Shown: positions 27,093-36,315 of the stretch, piece by piece
How positions within the stretch are numbered: position 1 is the first letter of the stretch
How the letters are laid out: every line of letters starts with the position of its first letter
Source: a virus
Taxonomy: Duplodnaviria; Caudoviricetes
DNA: 40,952 nucleotides
Strand: one strand, 5' to 3'
Virus record (IMG/VR): IMGVR_UViG_3300021082_000062
Coordinates: 1 to 40,952 of that record
Notes under the pieces: generated by a model
What the model was told of the DNA's origin: nothing
Seen by the model: only the letters and a program-made list of their open reading frames with translations
Databases searched by the model: none
Position numbers and translations under genes: made by a program

Positions 27093-27208
27093 TGGTTGTG
27101 AGCGATCTGGAACGCGCGCATTGCGTCGGCTGGGGGCGATATGAGTAGGTGGCGCCGTCTGCGCGACTGGCTGTGTCGCGAGTATCAGATACTGACGGGA
27201 CAACGCTG

Positions 27209-29761
27209 GTGAGTGACGCTGAGGCCCTGCCGATCGACTGGGGCGCGGCGATCGCGGGCAGCCAGAACCCGTTCCTCACCGCGATCACCAGATACGCGCG
27301 CGCCCCCGTGGCATTTGTGCGCGAGGTGCTGCACGCCGAGCCGGATAACTGGCAACTCGAGGCGCTGCGTGCGGTAGCCAGGGGACACACCAGAATAGCT
27401 ATACGAAGCGGTCATGGTGTAGGAAAGGCCATGACCATATCCAACAGTGTGGACACGCCGGACGGGTGCCGGCGGTGGGGTGATTTGCGGCCTGGCGACC
27501 GGTTGTTCGGGCGTGACGGCGAGGCGACGCACATTGTGGCGCGGCACGATCAGGGTGTGCGGGCGATTTACCGCGTGACGTTTGATGACGGCACGAGCTG
27601 TCGGGTTGACGGCGAGCATTTATGGACGGTGCGGGGTCGTGCGCAGCGGCGCGTTGATAACAAGCGGTCGCATCGCAGGGGTGTCGGTCGCACAGAGCAA
27701 CCGAGCGAATACGCTGCTGACTTCATCAACATTACTACTGCCGACATCATCCGCCGCGGGGTTAAGCGGGCGAATGGTGCGGCGTTGGCGCGGCAGTGGG
27801 AATTACCGGTGCACGGGGCGGTGCAGTATCCGGCGCGGGATGTGCCGCTGGCGCCCTATCTGCTGGGGGCTTTGCTAGGCGATGGCAGTCTTCGCAGGAC
27901 GACGCCTCTTCTGACAACGGCCGAGGCTACGGTGGCGCATTGGCAGGCGGCTGCGGATGCTGCCGGGGTCAGGACGACGCAATATACGTCGCCAGGGCGC
28001 ACGGCGGTGGCGCTTAGTCTGCTTGGCATTGCCGGGGCGTTGCGGGATCTTGGCGTGGCGGACTGCTTGTCGGCGTACAAAAGCGTGCCACGGCGTTATC
28101 TTGAGAACAGCCAATCGGTGCGACTGGCGGTGCTGCAGGGATTGATGGACACCGATGGCTACATCGATGACCGCGGTATTGCGGTTTTCACTTCCGTGTC
28201 GAAGCAATTGGCTGTGGACGTGGCGTGGCTGGTGCGGTCGCTAGGTGGCAAGGCGTTCATGGGGGACGCGCGGTCAAGCCACTATTACAAGGACGACGAG
28301 CGCATCCGCGTTCAGGACCATTACGACGTGACCGTGCGTATGCCGGTTGGGTTGGACTTATTCACTTTGCCGCAGAAGACGAAACGGATGCGGCCATGCC
28401 AGCCGCGTTATCTGGCACGCTGGATCGAGTCGATCGAGCCGGACGGCGAAGAAGAGGCGATGTGCGTCACGGTTGACGCTGCCGATGGGCTGTATCTGGC
28501 GAACGACTTCATAGTAACGCACAACACAGCGTATGCGGCTTGGCTGATCTGTTGGTTCGTGAACACGCGCGTGCCGTTCAAGGTCGCCGTGACGGCCCCG
28601 AGCAGCTCGCAGCTGTTCGACGTGTTGTGGCCAGAGCTGTTGAAGTGGTTTCAGAAGTTACCACCCGGTTGGGCTGGGCTGTGGGACTACACCAGCGACC
28701 ACATTACGCTGAAGGGCGACGCGGAATGCTTCGTCACGGCGCGCACATCGCGCAGCGATAAACCCGAGGCGATGTCCGGCATACACAGCACGCATGTGCT
28801 GCTCGTAGCGGACGAGGCATCGGGGATAGACGAGGCAGTATACCAGGCTGCCGGCGGCTCGATGTCGACGCCCGGCGCGATCACGGTACTTATTGGCAAT
28901 CCCACCAGAAGCAGTGGCACGTTCTACGCCGCGCACATGCTCGAGCGCGACCGCTGGTTCACGATGCGGGTGAGCAGCGCCGACAGCCCCAGAGTGACGC
29001 GCGGCTACGTCGAAGAGCTGGCGCAGCGGTATGGGATGGACAGCAACGCCTACCGCGTGCGTGTCCAGGGTGAGTTCCCGGCGGCTGACAGCGACACGTT
29101 GATCGCCGCGAGCCTGGTGGACGACGCCATGGCGCGGGACGTGGACATTGACCCCGATGCGCCGTGTATTTGGGGCGTAGACGTCGCGAGATTCGGCAGC
29201 GATGCGAGCGTGCTGATCAAGCGCAAGGGCAACGTGGTCATCGAGATGCCGAGACGCTGGCGCCAGGTCGATACCATGATGCTGGCCGGCGCGATCAAGG
29301 CCGAATACGACGCGGCAGGGCCGTATAAGCCGGCATTGATCTGTATAGACGTGATCGGCATCGGTGCCGGTGTAGTCGATCGTCTACACGAGCAAAATCT
29401 GCCGATTCTGGGCATAAATGTCGCCGAGGCGGCGTCTACGAGCGGCCGATTCGGGCGTTTGCGCGACGAATTGTGGTGTCGGTGCAAGGACTGGCTCGAA
29501 ACGCGCGCTGTGCGGCTGCCGCGCGACGAGCAGCTGCGGGATGATTTGGTTGCGCCGAAATACGCGTTTTTGAGCGACGGCCGGATGCAGATCGAGAGCA
29601 AAAACCTCATGCGCGCGCGTGGTCTGGCCAGTCCGGACGCTGCTGACGCGCTGAACCTGACATTCGCAGAGCAGGGCTTGGGAATTGCCAGCGGGATGAC
29701 TAGTGGCCTGCACGATTCGATGCCGATACGAATGGTCTTGTCGTCTGGTGACCTGGTGTGA
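27209..29761 (+). CDS. terL: Terminase large subunit containing an intein
   Basis: SGHGVGK/T Walker A split by intein, LLVADEASG Walker B, IGNPT, GVDVARFGSD and SPDAADAL nuclease motifs. Confidence 0.95.
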   Translation: MSDAEALPIDWGAAIAGSQNPFLTAITRYARAPVAFVREVLHAEPDNWQLEALRAVARGHTRIAIRSGHGVGKAMTISNSVDTPDGCRRWGDLRPGDRLFGRDGEATHIVARHDQGVRAIYRVTFDDGTSCRVDGEHLWTVRGRAQRRVDNKRSHRRGVGRTEQPSEYAADFINITTADIIRRGVKRANGAALARQWELPVHGAVQYPARDVPLAPYLLGALLGDGSLRRTTPLLTTAEATVAHWQAAADAAGVRTTQYTSPGRTAVALSLLGIAGALRDLGVADCLSAYKSVPRRYLENSQSVRLAVLQGLMDTDGYIDDRGIAVFTSVSKQLAVDVAWLVRSLGGKAFMGDARSSHYYKDDERIRVQDHYDVTVRMPVGLDLFTLPQKTKRMRPCQPRYLARWIESIEPDGEEEAMCVTVDAADGLYLANDFIVTHNTAYAAWLICWFVNTRVPFKVAVTAPSSSQLFDVLWPELLKWFQKLPPGWAGLWDYTSDHITLKGDAECFVTARTSRSDKPEAMSGIHSTHVLLVADEASGIDEAVYQAAGGSMSTPGAITVLIGNPTRSSGTFYAAHMLERDRWFTMRVSSADSPRVTRGYVEELAQRYGMDSNAYRVRVQGEFPAADSDTLIAASLVDDAMARDVDIDPDAPCIWGVDVARFGSDASVLIKRKGNVVIEMPRRWRQVDTMMLAGAIKAEYDAAGPYKPALICIDVIGIGAGVVDRLHEQNLPILGINVAEAASTSGRFGRLRDELWCRCKDWLETRAVRLPRDEQLRDDLVAPKYAFLSDGRMQIESKNLMRARGLASPDAADALNLTFAEQGLGIASGMTSGLHDSMPIRMVLSSGDLV
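27428..28525 (+). mobile_element. 366-aa intein (Ala1, WCT triad) with LAGLIDADG endonuclease
   Basis: Starts AMTISNSVDTPDG after GK, block B EHLW, LLGALLGDG and LQGLMDTDG, block F MCVTV, ends IVTHN/T. Confidence 0.95.
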
Positions 29762-30024
29762 GCGATTACGAGCGCCCGGTTGTGACGACGGAAACAACCG
29801 ACGCCCAGCTCGAGGCTATTGGCCAGGCGATGTGGGCGTGCCTCGATGGCGAGCCCGAGCTGACGGCTGCCGCTGTGGTGTGTATCGGGCGCGCCTATCG
29901 GACGCTGCTGCGGTGTGGCTCTACGCCGGCTGGGGCGGTTAAGTCGATCGGTGCCATGGCGTTGTTCATGAGCGGCGAGGCGTTCGACATGATCGACGGC
30001 CCGCGCGCCAAGTTGAGGCGATAA
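29758..30024 (+). CDS. Hypothetical protein
   Basis: GTGA-coupled to terL. Confidence 0.55.
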   Translation: MSDYERPVVTTETTDAQLEAIGQAMWACLDGEPELTAAAVVCIGRAYRTLLRCGSTPAGAVKSIGAMALFMSGEAFDMIDGPRAKLRR

Positions 30025-30026
30025 CA

Positions 30027-30212
30027 ATGACCGAGGGCTACGGCGACGGGCGCATGGCGCTGGTGGGCGGGCAGATCCCGATCCCCGCAATAGCGCAGCT
30101 CGAGGTGCGGGTGGGCGAGATCGAGCGGCTGTTGGTGGCGTTGCACGCGAGTTTCGAGCGGATCGAAGCCGGCATGGCGGTGTTATTGAGCGAGGTTCGG
30201 GACCTGGGATGA
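30027..30212 (+). CDS. Small coiled-coil protein
   Basis: GAGG RBS, ATGA overlap with portal. Confidence 0.55.
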   Translation: MTEGYGDGRMALVGGQIPIPAIAQLEVRVGEIERLLVALHASFERIEAGMAVLLSEVRDLG

Positions 30213-33004
30213 GCGGCATGATACCGCCCGTGATACCACCCGGCCTGCGGCAGGGCATCAACCCGATGCCGATGCAGATCGGGCAGCAGGGCGTGAACCC
30301 GCCGATGCCGATGGGCCAGGCGCGCATGAACCCGCCGATGCAGATGGACGGCGGCCTGCTGGCCCCGAGCGGTGCGTCCTACCCAACGCCGATGCCGCCG
30401 ATCCCCGGCCTGATGCCCGCCGGCATCCGCCCGGTCGGGCTCGAGCTGGGCGACAGCCAGATCCTGGCATTCCTGCGCCGCGCTGAAGAGCAAGAGCCGG
30501 ACGACAGCGAGGAAGGCCTGCCAGGCGCGCTGAAACCATACGCAGCCGGCCTGCGCCCGAGCGTGAAGCCGGCCGAAGTAGAGTGGCAGCAAGAGATAGC
30601 ATACGAACGCCTGGGCAAGACCGATCAAGAGATAACGGCGATCGCCCGGCATTATTTCCAGTCAGCCGAACACTACGACAACGCGTTGAGCCTGGAACGC
30701 GTGACCGCGAGCCAGTTCTACGCAGGGTTGCCTGAGGGGAAACTTGAAGACGGGCGCAGCAAACTCGTCATGACCGTGGTCAGGGACACGATCCGCCAGA
30801 CTTTGCCGTCGCTGCTGCGGCTATTTACCGCGGTCGAGGACCCGGTATCATTTGAACCCATCAGCAACGAGATCGTCGGCAACGACAAACTAGCGACGCA
30901 GTTGGCCAGACAGGCCACGGATTATTCGCGCTGGGCCTTATTCACTGCGAACAAAGGCTGGCAGGTACTGCATGATTGCCTGCTCGATGCGCTAACCCGC
31001 AAAGCGGGCTGGGTGCGCTGGTATTGGGGCTCGCGCCGCAGCATCCGCACCGAGGTATGCGAAGGCCTGCTGCTGCCGCAGCTGCAGCTGTTGCTGTCAG
31101 AGCCTGGCATCGAGGCGCAACGCATTGTGCGCCGCCCGATGACGCAGGACGAGCGCCAGGCTGTGCAGAAGACCCCCGAGGGGGCGATGTACCTGCAGCA
31201 AGGCCCGGCCGAGCTGTGGTCCGCGACGATCACCCGCACCGCCGCGCAGCCGTGGCCGCAGATCGAGCACGTCGCCGCGGACTGTGTGTGGATCGTCGCC
31301 GAGGCCAACACGGTCGAGAACGCCAATGCGGTGTGGCATGTCCGCGATGTCACGGTGTCCGAGCTGATCGAGGCGGGCTTGCCGGCCGACAAGATCATGG
31401 CGCACCGCGGTGCCGGTCAGCGCATGCAGGGCCGCCGCGAGGCGATCGCGCGCAGCAACGCACAGGGCCAGAACATTCGGCAGACGCCGCCGAGCGATAA
31501 ATCCATGGCGCTCGTACGCTACGCCGAGGGTTGGATTAAATGCGACGCGGACAACGATAACCGCGCGGAACTGATCCACGTACACATGCTGGGCAACGCG
31601 CAAACGCTCGTGCAGTGGGAACGGTGCGACGAAATACCGCTGGCGTGTTTTACCCCATACAGGGAACCGGGGCGCGTGATCGGCAACAGCCAAGCCGATA
31701 TGGTAATGGATCTGCAACGGGTAGAATCTCGCGTAATGCGAGCTATACTCGACAGTCTTGGCCAATCGATGTTCCCGCGCACGGCCGTCGTCGTCGGTCA
31801 GGCGAATATGGCCGACGTCCGTCAAACGGCGATAGGCTCGATCATCCGGGTCGCGCAGCAGGGCGCGGTGCAGGAACTCGTCAAGCCTTTTTCCGGCAAA
31901 GAGGCATTGCCGGTCATGCAAGTGCTGGAAGCCATCCGCGAGTCTCGGACAGGGATTACGCGGGCGTCCAGCGGCTTAACTGTCGATGAACTGCAGAGCA
32001 CGACGCCGGCCGCGATTAGCCAACAATCCAGTGCTGCACAGGATCGTTTGGACATGGTCGCGCGCACGCTGGCGGAAACCGGCCTGGCGCCGCTATACGC
32101 CGGTATACTCAAGATGCTGGCCAGACAGCAGGACCGGCCGAGTGTGATCCGCATCCGCGGCGAGTGGGTATCGATCGACCCGCGAGCCCTCGCCACGATG
32201 TGGGAAACGTCCGTCAACGTGGGCGGCCGCGGCATGCCGCACGAGCGCTTGGCGATGCTGGCGCAGGTTGCCGCGAAACAAGAGCAGATCATGATGCAGG
32301 GCGGGCTCGATAATCCGCTGGTGGGCATTCCGGAATATCGCAACACGTTGGGCCGCATGCTCGAGACTGTTGGCGTCGCTGATGTGTCCAATTACTTCCG
32401 CGCATTGCCGCCAGGCTGGCAGCCGCCACCGAAGCAACCGCAGCCGACGCCCGAGCAGCTGCTGGCCGAGGTAGAGAAGAACAAGACGGCCGCGGACGTC
32501 GAGAACCGCCGCGCGGAACAGCAGACCAAGCGTGCGTCGCTGCTACTCGAGGATGAGCGGGAACGTGACAAGGCGGCCCTCGATGCGTGGTCGCGAACAT
32601 GGGTCGCGGCGGCGCAATACGGCACGCCGGCCCCGAGCCTGACCGAGTTCCAAGAGGCGATGAAGAACCAGGCGCCGACTGTTGGCCTGCTCGCCGACAT
32701 GCCGGCCCCGACCAGCGCCGAGCCGCCTGCAGTCGGTGCGCCACCGAAGCCGCCGCAGCAGCCTGGCCCGCAGCGCCCGATGATGGGCGGACCCGGCCCG
32801 GCGATGATGCCGCCACGCCCGCCGGCCCCGGCACAGCAGCCGCCGATCTCACCCGTCGCCGCGCAGGCGATCCAGCAGGGCCTGCAGGGCCGCGGCCTGC
32901 CCACGGCATACGGCCAGCTCGCGGCGCGTGCCAGCGGACTGCCGCTGTTCGGACCAGGCGGCCCGCCGCTGCCACAGCCTGCGGGGGTGCCGGGTGCCGC
33001 TTGA
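30209..33004 (+). CDS. Portal protein (P22-like) with Pro/Gln/Met-rich extensions
   Basis: GRSK.V...VRDTI....PSLLRLF, ARQATDY, DALTRKAG motifs; follows terL. Confidence 0.9.
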   Translation: MSGMIPPVIPPGLRQGINPMPMQIGQQGVNPPMPMGQARMNPPMQMDGGLLAPSGASYPTPMPPIPGLMPAGIRPVGLELGDSQILAFLRRAEEQEPDDSEEGLPGALKPYAAGLRPSVKPAEVEWQQEIAYERLGKTDQEITAIARHYFQSAEHYDNALSLERVTASQFYAGLPEGKLEDGRSKLVMTVVRDTIRQTLPSLLRLFTAVEDPVSFEPISNEIVGNDKLATQLARQATDYSRWALFTANKGWQVLHDCLLDALTRKAGWVRWYWGSRRSIRTEVCEGLLLPQLQLLLSEPGIEAQRIVRRPMTQDERQAVQKTPEGAMYLQQGPAELWSATITRTAAQPWPQIEHVAADCVWIVAEANTVENANAVWHVRDVTVSELIEAGLPADKIMAHRGAGQRMQGRREAIARSNAQGQNIRQTPPSDKSMALVRYAEGWIKCDADNDNRAELIHVHMLGNAQTLVQWERCDEIPLACFTPYREPGRVIGNSQADMVMDLQRVESRVMRAILDSLGQSMFPRTAVVVGQANMADVRQTAIGSIIRVAQQGAVQELVKPFSGKEALPVMQVLEAIRESRTGITRASSGLTVDELQSTTPAAISQQSSAAQDRLDMVARTLAETGLAPLYAGILKMLARQQDRPSVIRIRGEWVSIDPRALATMWETSVNVGGRGMPHERLAMLAQVAAKQEQIMMQGGLDNPLVGIPEYRNTLGRMLETVGVADVSNYFRALPPGWQPPPKQPQPTPEQLLAEVEKNKTAADVENRRAEQQTKRASLLLEDERERDKAALDAWSRTWVAAAQYGTPAPSLTEFQEAMKNQAPTVGLLADMPAPTSAEPPAVGAPPKPPQQPGPQRPMMGGPGPAMMPPRPPAPAQQPPISPVAAQAIQQGLQGRGLPTAYGQLAARASGLPLFGPGGPPLPQPAGVPGAA

Positions 33005-33221
33005 TGACACAGTCGGCGGCGACTGGGACCGGGCGCTGCATGTTGCCAATGTGCTGTATCGGTTCCTCGAGCGGGCGCTGGACGACAACCCAGAGCTGAT
33101 GCTCGCCGTGATGGGGGCGTGTACCGAGCGGCTGCTGAAGGAAGTGAACCTGTCCAGAACCGCAACGGACACATTCCTCGCCCAGCTGACCGCACGCATG
33201 GCCGATGCCACTGACGAGTGA
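32994..33221 (+). CDS. Hypothetical protein
   Basis: Helical ORF overlapping portal stop; start uncertain. Confidence 0.5.
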   Translation: MPLDDTVGGDWDRALHVANVLYRFLERALDDNPELMLAVMGACTERLLKEVNLSRTATDTFLAQLTARMADATDE

Positions 33222-33462
33222 CCAGATCCAGCAGGCGCTGGCCGCGCAGCGCATGCTGGCGGACCCGGCGCTCGAGGCAGTGCTGCAGCGGATCGAGAAG
33301 GACGAGACGCAGCGGGCCATCTATATCAATGACCCCGCCACGCGCGAGGACGCCCGCCAGCTCGTGCTCGCCGTCACCCGCCTGCGCGCCGAGCTGCTCT
33401 ACGACGCCGAGCTGCCCGACGCTGAACGCCGGCAACAGGGCCTGTCAGACTCGCTGGAATGA
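33205..33462 (+). CDS. Conserved small protein between portal and scaffold
   Basis: A.RML.DP.L......I.........DP..RE helical pattern typical of this position. Confidence 0.65.
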   Translation: MPLTSDQIQQALAAQRMLADPALEAVLQRIEKDETQRAIYINDPATREDARQLVLAVTRLRAELLYDAELPDAERRQQGLSDSLE

Positions 33463-33689
33463 AGGCGCGGCGCCCGCAGTGGACCGAGCGCGAGATCCGG
33501 CTGCTGTGGGTTCTGGCAGACGCTGGCATGACCAGGCGCCAGGCGGCCGAGCGGGCGCGCATTCCGCTCACGCAGGTTCACCACGCGGCCCGCCAGTACG
33601 GCGTCCCGTTTAAGCCCGGCCAGCGTCGGCCGGCGCGCTACAGTCCGAGCGTGATCGTCTGGGACCGCGAACAACAGGTGTGGCGGTAG
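33459..33689 (+). CDS. Small HTH protein (GcrA N-domain/Myb-like start)
   Basis: QWTEREIRLL...GMTRRQAAER...V...A..YG. Confidence 0.6.
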   Translation: MKARRPQWTEREIRLLWVLADAGMTRRQAAERARIPLTQVHHAARQYGVPFKPGQRRPARYSPSVIVWDREQQVWR

Positions 33690-33722
33690 CTACGCGCGAT
33701 AACCCACAATTATCGCGCGTAG
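33690..33722. terminator. 13-bp perfect inverted repeat between convergent genes
   Basis: CTACGCGCGATAA-CCCACAA-TTATCGCGCGTAG; no clear U-tract. Confidence 0.55.
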
Positions 33723-33728
33723 TGGAAT

Positions 33729-33914
33729 TTACCGGCGAAACCGGCGTATTCCCCTGTCCGCATAGGCCCGCAGCTCGGCGCGGGTGACGTATCCAACGAT
33801 CTTGCCGCAGCGCACGCACTGGCCACCGCAGCCGCCGGCATCCTCGTAGGGGCGACAGGGGCAGCCGCCCCAGCATACGAGCCAGTGCCACCATCGACGG
33901 CTCACGACCAACAC
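33729..33914 (-). CDS. Cys/Trp-rich small protein
   Basis: CWGGCPC...CGGQCVRCG; start uncertain. Confidence 0.45.
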   Translation of the reverse strand: MLVVSRRWWHWLVCWGGCPCRPYEDAGGCGGQCVRCGKIVGYVTRAELRAYADRGIRRFRR

Positions 33915-33918
33915 TCGT

Positions 33919-34098
33919 TCACGGCGTGTCTCCCTGTGCGTGCTGCAACAACAACTTCCGCGCTAGATCGCACAGCACCTTGGTGGTGGCATTTTCTTCG
34001 CCGGTCAGCATCACCCATTCGTTCCTGTCCTGGCCGGTCCATTGACCACCGCGATGAAACAACAGGACAGCCCTACCTAGACGATCCAGATCGCTCAC
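33919..34098 (-). CDS. Hypothetical protein
   Basis: GGGAGA RBS, GTG start, MSDLDRLGRAVLLFH. Confidence 0.55.
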   Translation of the reverse strand: MSDLDRLGRAVLLFHRGGQWTGQDRNEWVMLTGEENATTKVLCDLARKLLLQHAQGDTP

Positions 34099-34186
34099 GG
34101 CGCGTCTCCCTGTGTTCGGTGTATCTGAATTTATGCCGTACTCGATGAGCCTGCCACGGCCACCCGTAACCAGTTGAGGTAACGCC

Positions 34187-34363
34187 ATGAACCTCGTCAC
34201 TGTGCTCATCATCGTGCTGCTGGTGGTCGTGCTGGGCGGCGGCTACTACGGCTACCGCGGCGGCTACTACGGCAGCCCCTACGGCGGCTACTACGGCGGC
34301 ATCGGCATCGTCGGCCTGATCCTCATTGTGCTGGTCATCCTGCTGGTGATGGGTCGCCTCTGA
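34187..34363 (+). CDS. DUF3309-like small two-TM membrane protein (not in ORF track)
   Basis: MNLVTVLIIVLLVVVLGGGYYGYRGGYYGSPYGGYYGGIGIVGLILIVLVILLVMGRL; GAGGT RBS; ends MGRL as in DUF3309. Confidence 0.8.
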   Translation: MNLVTVLIIVLLVVVLGGGYYGYRGGYYGSPYGGYYGGIGIVGLILIVLVILLVMGRL

Positions 34364-34548
34364 TGGGCGTGCTCGAGCCAGAGCAGGACGACCGCTACGG
34401 CCTGCTGGGCATCGCTGATATGATCGACCGCATGAACGCGAACAAAGTCGGCGGATTCACCAACTGGAACGCGGCGAATGTGCAGGCGGCCCCTGCGGCG
34501 ACTGCGGCGGCCGTCTCGCGCCGTGTCCTCTCGCCCATGGCCCTGTAG
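34363..34548 (+). CDS. Hypothetical protein
   Basis: TGATG coupling to previous gene, but an antisense ORF competes. Confidence 0.4.
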   Translation: MGVLEPEQDDRYGLLGIADMIDRMNANKVGGFTNWNAANVQAAPAATAAAVSRRVLSPMAL

Positions 34549-34592
34549 GCCGCGGCGCGTCGCCGGGTCCAATCGGATATCGTCACTTGCAT
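34395..34592 (-). CDS. Possible antisense small membrane protein
   Basis: Purine-rich leader AGGAAGGAACGAGGT before ATG; basic then hydrophobic sequence. Confidence 0.4.
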   Translation of the reverse strand: MQVTISDWTRRRAAAYRAMGERTRRETAAAVAAGAACTFAAFQLVNPPTLFAFMRSIISAMPSRP

Positions 34593-34626
34593 ACCTCGTT
34601 CCTTCCTTCCCAAGGGGCGGGGTTAG

Positions 34627-34658
34627 GGCCGGCATCGGTGTCGCTACCGATGCCGGCC
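34627..34658. other. 13-bp perfect hairpin upstream of scaffold gene
   Basis: GGCCGGCATCGGT-GTCGCT-ACCGATGCCGGCC. Confidence 0.65.
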
Positions 34659-34719
34659 TGCTTGCCGCGTAGCACACGCCGCGGCCCGACTGCCAGAACA
34701 ACCACCCCAGGAACCACCC

Positions 34720-35793
34720 ATGTCCGAGTCCACCTCGGCGCCGGCTGCCGACGCCCCCGCCACGCCAGCGCCGGCCAGTCAGCCCGGCATCAGCGTATCC
34801 GACGCCGCCCGCCTGCTAGGCCAGCAGCGACGAGCTGCACCGGCAGCCGCGCCGATCGCCCAGCCGGCCGCACCCGCCCAAGCCGCCCCAGATCGCAAGC
34901 CCAGCCCCAACGAGCTGATCGCCGCCGGGGCGAGCCCCCAGCCGGCACCCGCCGCGCCAGCCGCCCCGGCGCAGTCGGCGCTCGAGCGGGCGCTGGGCGT
35001 GCCAGCCGGCGAGCCGGCCAACACGAACCAGCCCGTCCAGCCGGTCGCCCAGATCGACATCGAGGGGCGCGCCTACACGCAGGCCGAGCTGCGCGAAGCC
35101 GTGCTGAAGAGCGCGGACTACACCGCCAAGACACAAGAGCTGGCGCAGGGCCGCCAGGCGCTCGCCCAGCAACGCCAGGCGCTCGACGCGCAGGCGCAGG
35201 CACTGCAGATGGTGCTGCCGTATATCCAGCCGGAATTGCAGCGCCTCGCCGAGAGCGTGAACCAGCAGGCGCAGATGCCCGACCCTGCGCTCGCCGAGTC
35301 AGATCCGGCGGCATACGTCCGGCAGCGCGCGCTATACGATCAGGCGATCGCCGAGCAGCAGCGCCTGGGCGGCCTGACGCAGCTGCAGCAGCAGGCGCAA
35401 GCGCGGGCGATGGAACAGGCCGTGGCGAACGCCAACGAACTGCTCGCCAGGGAATACCCGTTCTGGGCGGACCCGCAGGAACGTGCCACGGCGCAGGCGC
35501 AGATCGTCCAGTGGGCCACGACGCAAGGTGGTTTCGATCGGAACGAGCTGCGCAACCTGGCGTCAGCCCATCATCTCAAGACCATGATGAAGGCCATGGC
35601 CTACGACCGCTGGGTGGCCGGCGCCAAGACGACCGCGCCCACGGCATTGACCACAGCGCCCACGCGCGGTGTGCCCCCGCCACCGGCCCCGGCCGCGGCT
35701 GTACAGCAGGCACAGCAGGCGTTCGAAGAACGCGCCACGATCCGCTCGGGCGCGGCGCTGCTTGCCGCTAGGCGGGCCGCAGCGGGGCGTTGA
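34720..35793 (+). CDS. Scaffolding protein
   Basis: EL....LKSADYTAKTQELA motif, coiled coil, position before MCP. Confidence 0.85.
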   Translation: MSESTSAPAADAPATPAPASQPGISVSDAARLLGQQRRAAPAAAPIAQPAAPAQAAPDRKPSPNELIAAGASPQPAPAAPAAPAQSALERALGVPAGEPANTNQPVQPVAQIDIEGRAYTQAELREAVLKSADYTAKTQELAQGRQALAQQRQALDAQAQALQMVLPYIQPELQRLAESVNQQAQMPDPALAESDPAAYVRQRALYDQAIAEQQRLGGLTQLQQQAQARAMEQAVANANELLAREYPFWADPQERATAQAQIVQWATTQGGFDRNELRNLASAHHLKTMMKAMAYDRWVAGAKTTAPTALTTAPTRGVPPPPAPAAAVQQAQQAFEERATIRSGAALLAARRAAAGR

Positions 35794-36092
35794 TGGCGTA
35801 TGCCGCAAAACCACTTCCGATCGGCAGTAGGATCGGGCGCCTTAAGGTCGTGGCTAAAGAGGTGTCAGGCGCTCGGCGCAGGACAATCTTGGTGCGCTGT
35901 GATTGCGGCACTGAGAAGATGATGCTGAAAGCCAACCTGACCGGAAAGCGGCCGGCTATGTCATGCGGCCATTGCAACAGCGGCCACCCGATACGTGCGC
36001 GGGCAACGCCAGAGGCAGTGGCGGCAAGGGTTGCCGGCAAATTGCGCAGGCGTGGGCGATTGGCATTTTATCGCAATCTATCCGACGATTGA
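35793..36092 (+). pseudogene. Homing-endonuclease N-terminal Zn/DNA-binding module without nuclease domain
   Basis: GSRIGRLKVV...VRCDCG...NL......SCG motif of HNH/AP2 endonucleases; ends after ~99 aa. Confidence 0.6.
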
Positions 36093-36118
36093 CGCAACCA
36101 CTGTCTGTCTCATAGTAT
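36089..36118 (+). promoter_or_regulatory. Sigma70-like promoter upstream of capsid leader
   Basis: TTGACG-N18-TAGTAT. Confidence 0.5.
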
Positions 36119-36126
36119 AGACACCG

Positions 36127-36315
36127 CTGCCTGCCAGAGTGCTGGTCACCAACTGGTCAGGCGGGACGTGCCGTCGCTAATGCCCGATCGCGGCCCCGAG
36201 AGTGCTAGTCACCAACTCGGACCAGCCCCGTCGCCGCCATTGCGAAATCAACAATTTTGGTTTCACCGGCCCGGCGTATCTACGCCGCGCCATGCAATGG
36301 GAATCCGGCCATGGC
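36127..36315 (+). ncRNA. Structured 5' leader of major capsid gene with twin hairpins
   Basis: CCAG-AGTGCTGGTCACCAA-CTGG and CCGAG-AGTGCTAGTCACCAA-CTCGG; further stems at 36244-36264, 36272-36287, 36289-36315. Confidence 0.65.

Noticed and set aside
29050-33435. Long minus-strand ORFs (425, 343, 347 aa) opposite terL and portal
   Set aside because: GC-rich shadow ORFs with no motifs, antisense to well-supported genes.
34587-35771. 394-aa alternative-frame ORF over scaffold
   Set aside because: Arg/Ala/Pro composition typical of off-frame GC-rich DNA.
36199-36208. GAGTGCTAG resembles a CIRCE half-site
   Set aside because: No TTAGCACTC left arm 9 nt upstream of either copy.
36136-36217. Direct repeat as mini-CRISPR
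   Set aside because: Only two ~19-nt copies, no cas genes; better explained as twin hairpins.
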